A DNA stretch of 64,000 nucleotides, from assembly GCA_965204745.1 (NCBI GenBank), contig OZ242010.1, positions 5,355,264 to 5,419,263 on the forward strand. Direction: 5' to 3'. Shown here in pieces: positions 42,701-48,752 of the stretch. Numbering within the stretch: the first letter of the stretch is position 1; each line of letters begins with the position of its first letter. The notes under the pieces were generated by a model, which saw only the letters and a list, made by a program, of their open reading frames with translations, did no database searches and had not been told where the DNA came from. The position numbers were made by a program, and so were the translations under genes. The DNA is from Candidatus Latescibacterota bacterium (GTDB taxonomy: Bacteria > Latescibacterota > UBA2968).

Positions 42701-45700
42701 GTGCCAACCGCCGCATCAGTGCCAGCTATTCTGCTGCGGCTGTGACGGCCGTAGGGAGTGGGGCCAATTTCTGGGTCGGTGGTCTGGTGGGGTGGCAGAA
42801 CGGCGGGACGATTATCGCGTCCTATGCGACGGGCGCGGTCACGGTTACTGGGAACGGCACGAAAGGCGGGTTGGTGGGGCGCCTCGAGAGCAGCGGTGAA
42901 GTGACGGCCAGCTATGCGACGGGTCAGGTCACGGGTGACGGCACGAAAGGCGGGTTGGTGGGTAGCACGGCTGGCACAGTGACCAATAGCTACTGGGACA
43001 GCGACCGGAGCGGCATTGCCGGGGGCAAGAGCACCAGCGATCTCCAGAGCCAGACCACCTACGGTGCCACCAGCAACGACACCTACTACGACTGGAACCT
43101 AAATGTGGACGGCGATACCAGCACGGGCGACGCAGTGGGCAAAGACGATCCGTGGACCTTTGGCGCGACAGATCAGTATCCGGTCTTGAAGTATGCCGGC
43201 ATGGACACCACCGCACAATTTAAGCTGCAACCCTCGGTAGTGATGTTGACCCTGATGCCCTCGACGATCTCGGAAAACAGTGGTGTTTCGACGGTGACGG
43301 CGACGCTGGTACACCCGTCGATCTCGGCGACGACGATCACGGTGCGCCCGGTGGCTGGTGCCTACACGGTGGGTTCGGATTCGACGATCACCATCGCGGC
43401 CGAGAGCACGACGAACGCGTCGGACACGGTGGTGATCACGGCCGTGGATAACACCCGAGACGAGCCTGCGCGCGACGTGCCCGTGTCCGGTGTGGCACGC
43501 AACGCCCAAGGCGCAGGCAGGGTGATCGAGGCGACATTGACGCTGACGGACGACGACTCTGCGCCCACAGCGACGTTGGCGGCGTCACCGTTGTCGATTT
43601 CGGAGAACCTCGGTGTTTCGACGATCACGGCGACGCTATCGCGTCCATCGAGCTCGGCAACGACGATCACAGTGCGCCCGGTGGCTGATGCTTATACCGT
43701 GGGGACGGATTCGACGATCACCATCGCGGCAGGGGACACGACAAACGCGTCGGACACGGTGGCGATCACGGCCGTGGACAACGCCCAAGACGCGCTTGAT
43801 CGCAACGCGACCGTGTCCGGTGTGTCGCGCAACGCCCATGGCGCGGGCAGTGTGACCGGGGTGACTTTGACGCTGACGGACGATGACGATGCGCCGGACG
43901 TGACGATGGTTGTGACGCCTGCGTCGATTTCAGAGAACGGCGCGATTTCGACGGTGACCGCGACCCTGTCTCACACGTCGAGCGATCCGACAACGATCAC
44001 GGTTTCCGTGCCTACATCATCCGACTACACATTGAGCACGGCGGACACGCTGATCGTCGCGGCGGGGCAAACGATGAGCGCGGGCACCGTGACGATCACG
44101 ACGGTGGACAACAGCATATCTTCGGGGAACAAGACGGTGACCGTGTCGAGTACGGTGGGCAACAGCGTGGGCACGGGATCGGTCACTGTTGCGACGCTGA
44201 CGATTAGCGATGACGAAGTGGCGCAGGTGACGTTGGTTTTATCTCCGGCGTCGATTGCGGAGACGGGCGCGGTTTCAACAGTAACGGCGACGCTAGATCG
44301 CGCCGCAACCGCGGCGACGACGATCACGGTTTCAGCGGAGGCTGTGCCTCCTGCGGTTGCGAATGACTTCACGCTATCGACCACGACCACGCTGACTATC
44401 GCGGCGGGTGTGACGACGAGCACGGGCGCCGTGACGATCACATCGGTGAACGACACGACCGATGCGCCGGACAAGGGCGTGACCGTGTCTGCAACGGTGG
44501 CAGGTGGCGATGGCGCGTCGCTATCGTCTGCCGTGACATTGACGATCACAGACGATGAGGCCGCGCCGACGGTGACGCTGTCGCTGTCACCCGCGTCGAT
44601 TTCGGAGGCGAGCGGTGTTTCGACGATCACGGCAACCCTGTCGCATCGGTCAAGCGCGGCAATGACGATCACAGTGCGCCCGGTGGCGGATGCCTACACG
44701 GTGGGGTCGGATTCGACGATCACCATCGCGGCCGGGAGCACGGCGAACGCGTCGGACACCGTGGTCATTACAGCGGTGAACAACACCCAAGACGAGCCTG
44801 ATCGCAACGAGACCGTGTCCGTTGTGGCACGCAACGCCCATAGCACGGGCAGTGTGACCGAGGCGACCTTGACGCTGGAGGACGATGACGCCGCGCCGGA
44901 CGTGATGTTGGCGCTGTCGCCCGCGTCCATCTCGGAGGACGGCGGTGTCTCGACGGTGACGGCGACGCTGACACACCCATCGAGTGAGGCGACGACGATC
45001 ACGGTGCGTCCGGTGGCGGATGCCTACACGGTGGGGATGGATTCGACGATCGCCATCGCGGCCGGGGATACGACGAACGCGGCGGACACGGTGGCACTCA
45101 CCGCCGTGGACAACGACATAGACGCGGCAGACAACGCCGCGATGGTGCAGGCCGCTGTGGAGAACGACCACGGCGAGGGCAACGTGCAGGCTGTGACGCT
45201 GACGATCACCGATGACGACGAGGCGGCGATTGAGGTGTCGGCGGTGACCTCGACGATCGTCAGGCTCCGCACGACAGAGGCGGGCAGGGCAGCGACCTTC
45301 ACGGTCACGCTCGCCACCGAACCAACCGGGGACGTGGCACTCTCGGTGGTCAGTTCAAACACGGATGAAGGCACTGTATCGCCCTCGGTGCTGACCTTCA
45401 CGCCATCAGACTGGAACACGGCACAAACCGTGACCGTGACCGGGCAGGACGATGCCCCTGCCAATTCCGTCGATGGCAACCAGAACTATACGGTCACCCT
45501 TTCGGTGAACCAGACGGACACGCAGGACGACAACTATGACGCGCTTTCCAATATCAGCGTGTACATGGTCAACCTCGATAACGATTTCGGCTTGGACATC
45601 AGCGCGGTGACCGGGCAGGCGACAGAGGCCGGCGCCTCGGCGACCTTCACGGTGGCCCTGCTGACGCAACCCACGGCGGCGGTGACGATTTCGGTGACGA

Positions 45701-48183
45701 GCCAAGACCCGAGCGAGGGGCGGGTTGAGCCTGCGGTACTGACCTTCACGACGTCAGGCTGGAACACGGCACAAACCGTGACCGTGACCGGGCAGGACGA
45801 CACCATCGACGACGGGGACATCCCCTGGACGGTGCGACTCGCCCTGTCAAGCGACGATACCGGCTACAACACCCTTGCAGACGACGTTCAAGTGACGACG
45901 ACCGACGATGAAGATGCGCCGACCGTGACGTTGGTGCTGATGCCCTCGTCCATCTCGGAAAACGCCGAGGTTTCCACGGTGAGCGCGACCCTGTCGCATC
46001 CATCGAGCGCGATCACGACGATCACGGTCTCTGCTACGCCTGTGTCCCCTGCAACTGCGGACGACTTCACGCTATCGAATGCAGACACGCTGATCATCGC
46101 GGCGACTGCTACGACGAGCACGGGCACCGTGACGATCACATCGGTGAACGATACGACCGATGCGCCGGCCAAGCGTGTGACCGTGTCCGGTGTGGCGAAC
46201 AACGACCAAGGCGCAGGCAGTGTGACCGACGAGACTTTGGTGCTAACGGACGACGACGAGGCACCGACCGTGACATTGGTGCTGTCGCCCTCGTCCATCT
46301 TGGAAAACGGCGGTGTTTCGACGATCACGGCAACCCTGTCGCATGCGTCGAGCGCGGCAATGACGATCACGGTGCGCCCGGTGGCGGGTGCTTATACCGT
46401 GGGGTCGGATTCGACGATCATCATCGCGGCCGGGAGTACGGCGAACGCGACGGATACCGTGGTCATTACAGCGGTGAACAACACCCAAGACGCGCCTGAT
46501 CGCAGCGAGACCGTGTCCGTTGTGGCACGCAACGCCCATAGCACGGGCAGTGTGACCGAGGCGACCTTGACGCTGGAGGACGATGACGCCGCGCCGGATG
46601 TGACGTTGGCACTGTCGCCCGCGTCCATCTCGGAGGCCGGCGGCGTGAGCACGGTGAGCGCGACGCTGACACACCCATCGAGTGAGGCGACGACGATCAC
46701 GGTGCGCCCGGTGGCGGATGCCTACACGGTGGGGTCGGATTCGACGATCACCATCGCGGCCGGGGATACGACGAACGCGACGGACACGGTGGCACTCACC
46801 GCCGTGGACAACGACATAGACGCATCAGACAACGCCGCGATGGTGCAGGCCGCTGTGGAGAACGACCACGGCGAGGGCAACGTGCAGGCTGCGACGCTGA
46901 CGATCACCGATGACGACGAGGCGGCGATTGAGGTGTCGCCGATGACCTCGACGATCGTCAGGCTTGAGACGACAGAGGCGGGCAGGGCAGAGACCTTCAC
47001 GGTCACGCTCGCCACCGAGCCGACGGGGGACGTGGCACTCTCGGTGGTCAGTTCAAACACGGATGAAGGCACTGTATCGCCCTCGGTGCTGACCTTCATG
47101 CCATCAGACTGGAACACGGCGCAAACCGTGACCGTGACCGGGCAGGACGATGCCCCCACCAATTCGGTCGATGGCAACCAGAACTATACGGTCACCCTTT
47201 CGGTGAACCAGACGGATACGCAGGACGCCAACTATGACGCGCTTTCCAATATCAGCGTGTACATGGTCAACCTCGATAACGATTCCGGCCTGGACATAAG
47301 CGCGGTAACCGGGCAGGCGACAGAGGCAGGCGGCTCGGCGACCTTCACGGTGGCCCTGCTTTCGCAACCCTCGGCGGCGGTGACGGTTTCGGTGACGAGC
47401 CAAGACCCGAGCGAGGGGCGGGTTGAGCCTGCGGTGCTGACCTTCACGACGTCAGGCTGGAACACGGCACAAACCGTGACCGTGACCGGGCAAGACGATA
47501 CCATCGACGACGGGGACATCCCCTGGACGGTGCGACTCGCCCTATCAAGCGACGATACCGGCTACAACACCCTTGCAGACGACGTTCAAGTGACGACGAC
47601 CGACGATGAAGATGCGCCGACCGTGACGTTGGTGCTGATGCCCTCGTCCATCTCGGAAAACGGCGAGGTTTCCACGATCACGGCGACCCTGTCGCATCCA
47701 TCGAGCGCGATCACGACGATCACGGTCTCTGCTACGCCTGTGTCCCCTGCGACTGCGAGCGACTTCACGCTATCGAGTGCAGACACCCTGATCATCGCGG
47801 TGACGACCACAACGAGCACGGGCACCGTGACGATCACCGCAGAGGACAACAACGACCAGGCAGACGAGAAGACGGTCACGGTGTCTGCAACCGCAAACAA
47901 CGCCCAAGGCATCACCGCACCCTCGGATGTGACCCTGACCATTACCGATGACGAAACACCGAGTGCCAACTTGGATGTGGATGGCAATGGCGAGGTGAGG
48001 CTGTTCTCGGATATAATCCTGATCATTCGATACGTCCTCTTCTTCCGGGAAGAGGCCCTCGTCAGAGGGAACGTCATCGAGCCAGATGCCACGCGCAAGA
48101 CCCCGCAAACCATTACCCCCTACCTCGACACGTTGGTCGGTCAGAACATTCTCGATGTGGATGGCGATGGCGATGTGAGGTGA
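30757..48183 (+). CDS. Giant secreted multi-repeat surface protein, 5,808 aa as read
   Basis: One uninterrupted frame. Signal peptide ...GPAFA|Q. Five super-modules, each with a dockerin/EF-hand-like segment (DYDSDGDGLI.I..LAQL.AIR.DLNGDG) and a GLUG-motif region (GGLVG...SYATG repeats). 24 Fn3 units with the ATGYKVQWKSG core. 14 Calx-beta/cadherin-like units of the ...TLTITDDD.AP type. C-terminal dockerin-like segment DVDGNGEVRLFSDIILIIRYVL. Confidence 0.9.
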   Translation: MTSRYAHLLAMVALVVLMASGPAFAQTDYDTDNDNLIDVTSLAQLNAIRWDLNGDGAIDASASTSDTTAYNAAFPNAMSGMGCAATCTGYELMNNLNFDENSDNEITSADATYWNNGAGWAPIGNSETKYTGNFHGNDNTISNLFIDRSAANDIGLFGFAEGGTIRNLSLVNADVTGSSYTAVLVGQGTRLQLMHIRVTGQVSGLSNGGGLVGSLTHGSSTITACGAEVDVTGRGSRTYSDISFGGLVGGNSGTITASYATGAVSNDNVYVGGLVGFHGSSAVIRASYATGAVRGQTLFGGLVGIAFGGAITASYATGAVKGTGAVSYIGGLVGFNSSTSITYSYYDSTTTGQKDTGRGAPQTTAGLQNPTDYTGIYANWNLNLDGQTGNDNPWSFGTTSQYPVLKYAGMDTAAQFNAQRVGKPTGVMVAGKTDTLTVTWGLVRNATGYKVRWKSGILTYPTSDLAAATRGQATIGSVLTTTYDISGLTTGTTYTVQVIATRLNATDSDPSDAVMVTPATTKPTNVRVTPAPVQLIVDWTKATGATGYKVQWKSGGQTYNTSSRQAMVSGVNTTTYTIEGLTFGTTYTVRVTATLAGGTDSDPSDEVVGTPLRGLDMPTGVIVMPKVDTLDVRWTAVSTATGYKVQWKLHRRTYDVSRQVVVTGTRYAIPNLIAGASYLVRIIATKAGLPESAPSTEVPGVPLLRSPMGVMVTADMDTLTVTWNAVDNATGYKVQWKSGNLTYPTADVETTALRGQATIAGGNTTTHKISGLTAGTTYTIRVIATHTNVADSAPSVEVPGVPLLGKPTVMVAAKMDTLTVTWNAVDDATGYKVQWKSGNLTYPTADLDSATRGQATIAGGNTTTHKISGVTVGTLYAVRVIATSTNTNIADSTPSEEVMVMPATNRPTNVRVTPGTTQLLVRWTEATGATGYKVQWKSGQQAYDPSSRQAQVSGVSTTTYTIENLTVSTTYTVRVIAILSGGVDSTPSDEVMGTPPGIDYDRDGDGLIDITTLAQLNAIRYDMDGNGDATHAVYAAAFPNRDTTSSIRMGCPSGTCTGYELLNNLDFSGGQWTSGAGWLPIGVWGRNSWETYTGTFKGNNKTISNLYINRGDDIDVGLFGHVSGNISGLGLKNVDVRGTDNVGGLVGEQEGGRILSCFVTGRVEGWSTAIRTTGGLVGRSGANTVIAASYANAEVIMDLDETNAYAGGLVGFKSNSSEIIASYAIGPVTGRNAGGLIGHGGAATSFSLASYSTGTVTGGGYIGGFVGRLGAGSYSYWDTESSDLLSSAGGTGQTTSALQSETDYDGIYASWDVDVDGRVGNDDPWTFGAADQYPVLKYAGMDTTAQFAMQPPGIPTSVTVTVQAATLDVRWRAASYATGYKVQWKSGMQSYDASREGIVTGTRYNIPNLAVGTTYTVRVIATKTGARDGRPSAEQTGVISVLGSPTVMVAAKLDTLTVTWNVVTSATGYKVQWKSGSETYPNADLASALRGQATIVGGSTTTYKIPNVTRGTAYTVRVIATRTNVADSAPSEEVTGVPGLERPTGVDVSATVDTLTVTWNVVDDATGYKVQWKSGSETYPNADLVSALRGQATLVGGSTTTYKIPNVTTGTTYTVRVIATRTNVADSAPSEEVTVLVSPTGVMVRATVDTLTVTWNAVDDATGYKVQWKSGSETYPNADSQAATHGQATISDGGTTTYDISGLTAGTTYTVRIIATSTNSNVADSAPSAEQTGVPVLGSPAVMVAAKADTLTVMWNAVDDATGYKVQWKSGSETYPNADLALATHGQATIAGGGTTTYKISGLTAGTTYTIRVIATRTNVADSAPSAEQTGVPVLGSPAVMVRAKLDTLTVTWNVVTNATGYKVQWKSGSEIYPTSDEQSATRGQATIVGGRTTTYKISGLTRGTTYTVRVIATRTNVADSAPSAEQTGVPVLGSPAVMVAAKVDTLTVTWNAVDDATGYKVQWKSGSEIYPTSDEQSATRGQATIAGGSTTTYKISNVTTGTAYTVRVIATRTNVADSAPSEEVTVLVSPTGVMVAAKVDTLTVTWNAVDDATGYKVQWKSGAATYPNTDSQAATHGQATISDGGTTTYDISGLTAGTTYTVRIIATSTNSNVADSAPSAEQTGVPVLGSPAVMVAAKVDTLTVTWNVVDDATGYKVQWKSGSATYPTADLALATRGQATIAGGGTTTYKISGLTTGTTYTIRVIATRTNVADSAPSDEVMVTLATNKPTNVNVRVTPGIAQLIVRWTEATGATGYKVQWKSGGQSYNTSSRQETVSGGSTTTYTIENLTFGTPYTVRVTATLTGGMDSTPSDEVVGTPQAINYDSDGDGLIAIETLAQLHAIRWDLNGDGAVDASATSSDTTAYNAAFPGRDTTSNVRMGCPSGTCTGYELLNNLNFDTDGSGSVTSDDTYPNWVPIGNYSATFKGNNKTISNLHINRGGWYHVGLFSQVGGNISGLGLKSVNVRGGHQVGGLVGNQWGGRILGCYVTGRVEGTGSYVGGLVGHSTGNNTVIAVSYTNAVVSGGRLQEGVGGLVGILYTTVIASYAIGPVTGNSRVGGLVGRLAITSGHSPLVGSVSTSYATGTVTRLNQFSSNLGGLIGSKRHNLVSHSYWDRESSGFSTSAGGTGKTTSELQSQTSYNDIYASWNVNVDGSPGNDNPWTFGAADQYPVLKYAGMDTTAQFAMQAPGIPTSVTVTVQADTLDVRWRAASYATGYKVQWKAGGQNYAVSRQAITTDTRYKIANLLAGTTYTVRVIATKTGARDGRPSAEQTGVPVLGSPTVMVAAKADTLTVTWNAVTNATGYKVQWKSGAETYPAADEESATHGQATIAGGRTTTYDISGLTAGTAYAIRVIATRTNVADSAPSAEQTGVPVLDSPTGVDVSATVDTLTVTWNVVDDATGYKVQWKSGSETYPNADSQSATRGQATISGGGTTTHKISGLTTGTTYTVQVIATHTTTAGNSAPSAAVMVTSATTKPTNVRVTPGPLRFIVAWTEATGATGYKVQWKSGGQSYNTATRQVVVSMNTRTATIVNLTIGTIYTVRVTATLAGGIDSDPSDEVMVTIQGINYDSDGDGLIAIETLAQLHAIRWDLNGDGAIDASASTSDTTAYNAAFPNRDTTSNVRMGCPSGTCTGYELLNNLDFDENGDDEITSADATYWNNGDGWLPIGTDAAKYTGDFKGNGYTIDNLTINRPSVGEVGLFGNADTASRIESVGITNASVAGGEYAGALVGALRGIVVACYSTGNVSATTRVAGGLVGWTPNAITSSYSTASVSGPEHVGGLLGSSQGGSVTNSYSTGTVTGTGSSPLIGGLIGSGTGGTASYWDTQTSGCTSGGSNGCTTSAGGGGVTGQTTSALQSPTGYTLIFSTWNANLDGQAGNDDPWAFGKTDQYPVLKYAGMDTTVQYNLQPPGIPTSVTVTPQRDTLDVRWTAASYATGYKVQWKSGMQSYDTSRQGTVTGTRYKISNLIGGTTYTVRVIATKTGAPDGTPSAEQTGVSVLGSPTVMVAAKVDTLTVTWNAVSNATGYKVQWKSGSETYPAADEESATHGQATIADGRATTYDISGLTAGMAYTVRVIATSTNSNVADSAPSAEQTGVPLLGSPTVMVAATVDTLTVTWNVVDDATGYKVQWKSGSETYPNADLAAATHGQATIAGGGTTTYDISGLTAGTTYAIRVIATRTNVADSAPSDAVMVTLATNKPTNVRVTPGPVQLIVRWSEATGATGYKVQWKSGVQSYNTTTRQVVVSMNTRTATIVNLTFGTPYTVRVLATLSGGGDSEPSDEVMGTPQGIDYDSDGDGLINIETLAQLHAIRWDLNGDGIVADSDAANYNAAFPSRDTTSNVRMGCPSGTCTGYELITNLNFDQNNDGEITSADATYWNANAGWQPIGTYTGTFKGNNKTISNLYINRGGQNDVGLFVDLTGTVSGLGLRNVDVRGNLAVGGLTGNQAGGAITGCYVTGRVRGSGSFGLGGLVGHSHTGANRRISASYSAAAVTAVGSGANFWVGGLVGWQNGGTIIASYATGAVTVTGNGTKGGLVGRLESSGEVTASYATGQVTGDGTKGGLVGSTAGTVTNSYWDSDRSGIAGGKSTSDLQSQTTYGATSNDTYYDWNLNVDGDTSTGDAVGKDDPWTFGATDQYPVLKYAGMDTTAQFKLQPSVVMLTLMPSTISENSGVSTVTATLVHPSISATTITVRPVAGAYTVGSDSTITIAAESTTNASDTVVITAVDNTRDEPARDVPVSGVARNAQGAGRVIEATLTLTDDDSAPTATLAASPLSISENLGVSTITATLSRPSSSATTITVRPVADAYTVGTDSTITIAAGDTTNASDTVAITAVDNAQDALDRNATVSGVSRNAHGAGSVTGVTLTLTDDDDAPDVTMVVTPASISENGAISTVTATLSHTSSDPTTITVSVPTSSDYTLSTADTLIVAAGQTMSAGTVTITTVDNSISSGNKTVTVSSTVGNSVGTGSVTVATLTISDDEVAQVTLVLSPASIAETGAVSTVTATLDRAATAATTITVSAEAVPPAVANDFTLSTTTTLTIAAGVTTSTGAVTITSVNDTTDAPDKGVTVSATVAGGDGASLSSAVTLTITDDEAAPTVTLSLSPASISEASGVSTITATLSHRSSAAMTITVRPVADAYTVGSDSTITIAAGSTANASDTVVITAVNNTQDEPDRNETVSVVARNAHSTGSVTEATLTLEDDDAAPDVMLALSPASISEDGGVSTVTATLTHPSSEATTITVRPVADAYTVGMDSTIAIAAGDTTNAADTVALTAVDNDIDAADNAAMVQAAVENDHGEGNVQAVTLTITDDDEAAIEVSAVTSTIVRLRTTEAGRAATFTVTLATEPTGDVALSVVSSNTDEGTVSPSVLTFTPSDWNTAQTVTVTGQDDAPANSVDGNQNYTVTLSVNQTDTQDDNYDALSNISVYMVNLDNDFGLDISAVTGQATEAGASATFTVALLTQPTAAVTISVTSQDPSEGRVEPAVLTFTTSGWNTAQTVTVTGQDDTIDDGDIPWTVRLALSSDDTGYNTLADDVQVTTTDDEDAPTVTLVLMPSSISENAEVSTVSATLSHPSSAITTITVSATPVSPATADDFTLSNADTLIIAATATTSTGTVTITSVNDTTDAPAKRVTVSGVANNDQGAGSVTDETLVLTDDDEAPTVTLVLSPSSILENGGVSTITATLSHASSAAMTITVRPVAGAYTVGSDSTIIIAAGSTANATDTVVITAVNNTQDAPDRSETVSVVARNAHSTGSVTEATLTLEDDDAAPDVTLALSPASISEAGGVSTVSATLTHPSSEATTITVRPVADAYTVGSDSTITIAAGDTTNATDTVALTAVDNDIDASDNAAMVQAAVENDHGEGNVQAATLTITDDDEAAIEVSPMTSTIVRLETTEAGRAETFTVTLATEPTGDVALSVVSSNTDEGTVSPSVLTFMPSDWNTAQTVTVTGQDDAPTNSVDGNQNYTVTLSVNQTDTQDANYDALSNISVYMVNLDNDSGLDISAVTGQATEAGGSATFTVALLSQPSAAVTVSVTSQDPSEGRVEPAVLTFTTSGWNTAQTVTVTGQDDTIDDGDIPWTVRLALSSDDTGYNTLADDVQVTTTDDEDAPTVTLVLMPSSISENGEVSTITATLSHPSSAITTITVSATPVSPATASDFTLSSADTLIIAVTTTTSTGTVTITAEDNNDQADEKTVTVSATANNAQGITAPSDVTLTITDDETPSANLDVDGNGEVRLFSDIILIIRYVLFFREEALVRGNVIEPDATRKTPQTITPYLDTLVGQNILDVDGDGDVR

Positions 48184-48185
48184 GA

Positions 48186-48344
48186 CTGTTCTCGGATATA
48201 ATCCTGATCATTCGATACGTCCTCTTCTTCCGGAACGAGGCCCTCGTCAGAGGGAACGTCATCGAGCAAAATGCTACGCGCACGACCGCTCAAGAAATTG
48301 AACCCTACATCCGAAGCCTCTATCCCGACTCCCACTTCCAATGA
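48186..48344 (+). other. Out-of-frame continuation of the giant ORF: second dockerin-like segment
   Basis: In the +2 frame it reads LFSDIILIIRYVLFFRNEALVRGNVIEQNATRTTAQEIEPYIRSLYPDSHFQ*. This is nearly identical to the segment encoded at 47998 ff. It is displaced by a 5-nt insertion (TGAGA, 48181-48185). Confidence 0.7.
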
Positions 48345-48545
48345 AAGCCTGTTCTCTGACCGCCACAGATGAAGATGGCGATGAGAACACCCTGAGTTTC
48401 TTCCTCACCATCAGCGCGAATCTGATGCCATCCTTTGCCGATGCGAGTGTGGAATACGCGGAAGCAAGAGATCGAATCCCTGATCCTACCGCAAGCGAGC
48501 CGTGGCGATGAACCGCTGACCCCCGAGTTGATTTTGTTTTTTGGC
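48341..48545 (+). pseudogene. Fragment of a cadherin/He_PIG-like repeat-protein gene (frameshifted, truncated)
   Basis: Frame 1: MKACSLTATDEDGDENTLSFFLTISANLMPSFADASVEYAEA. Frame 2 continues EIESLILPQASRGDEPLTPEL, matching the LP.A.GG..PLTY.L pattern of putative-Ig repeats. The ATG overlaps the stop of the corrected giant ORF (ATGA). Confidence 0.5.
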
Positions 48546-48582
48546 GATGAGAGGGGTAGCAAACCAGAGAAAGCCGAGTTAG

Positions 48583-48651
48583 CGACTGTCCCAGTTGCTC
48601 AAAGCGAGAGCCTATCCTGCGATAGGGCTTGATTTTTTCGATAAACCGCCC
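48583..48651 (-). mobile_element. IS5-family transposase 3'-end remnant
   Basis: Encodes GRFIEKIKPYRRIGSRFEQLGQS, resembling the conserved IS5/IS4 C-terminal block (...RRIATRYDKL...). About 85% identical over roughly 65 nt to 52105-52170. Confidence 0.55.
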
Positions 48652-48752
48652 CATCCCATCTCGTTGCATGGCTCGTAAATGTCAACACAGCCTAAAAATC
48701 AAATTGGTATGCCAACTGCCAACTTGTTTTCCCGATCACCGAGAACTTACTC

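Noticed and set aside
31049-48113. Dozens of 60-215-aa ORFs in other frames and on the opposite strand of the giant gene
   Set aside because: They recur with the repeat period (offsets of 1,176 and 1,698 nt) and are by-products of the repetitive GC-rich coding frame.
30757-48183. Diversity-generating retroelement or invertase-driven variation of the giant gene
   Set aside because: No reverse transcriptase, template-repeat/variable-repeat pair with A-specific mismatches, or site-specific recombinase gene is visible in the window. Repeat similarity is explained by tandem duplication.
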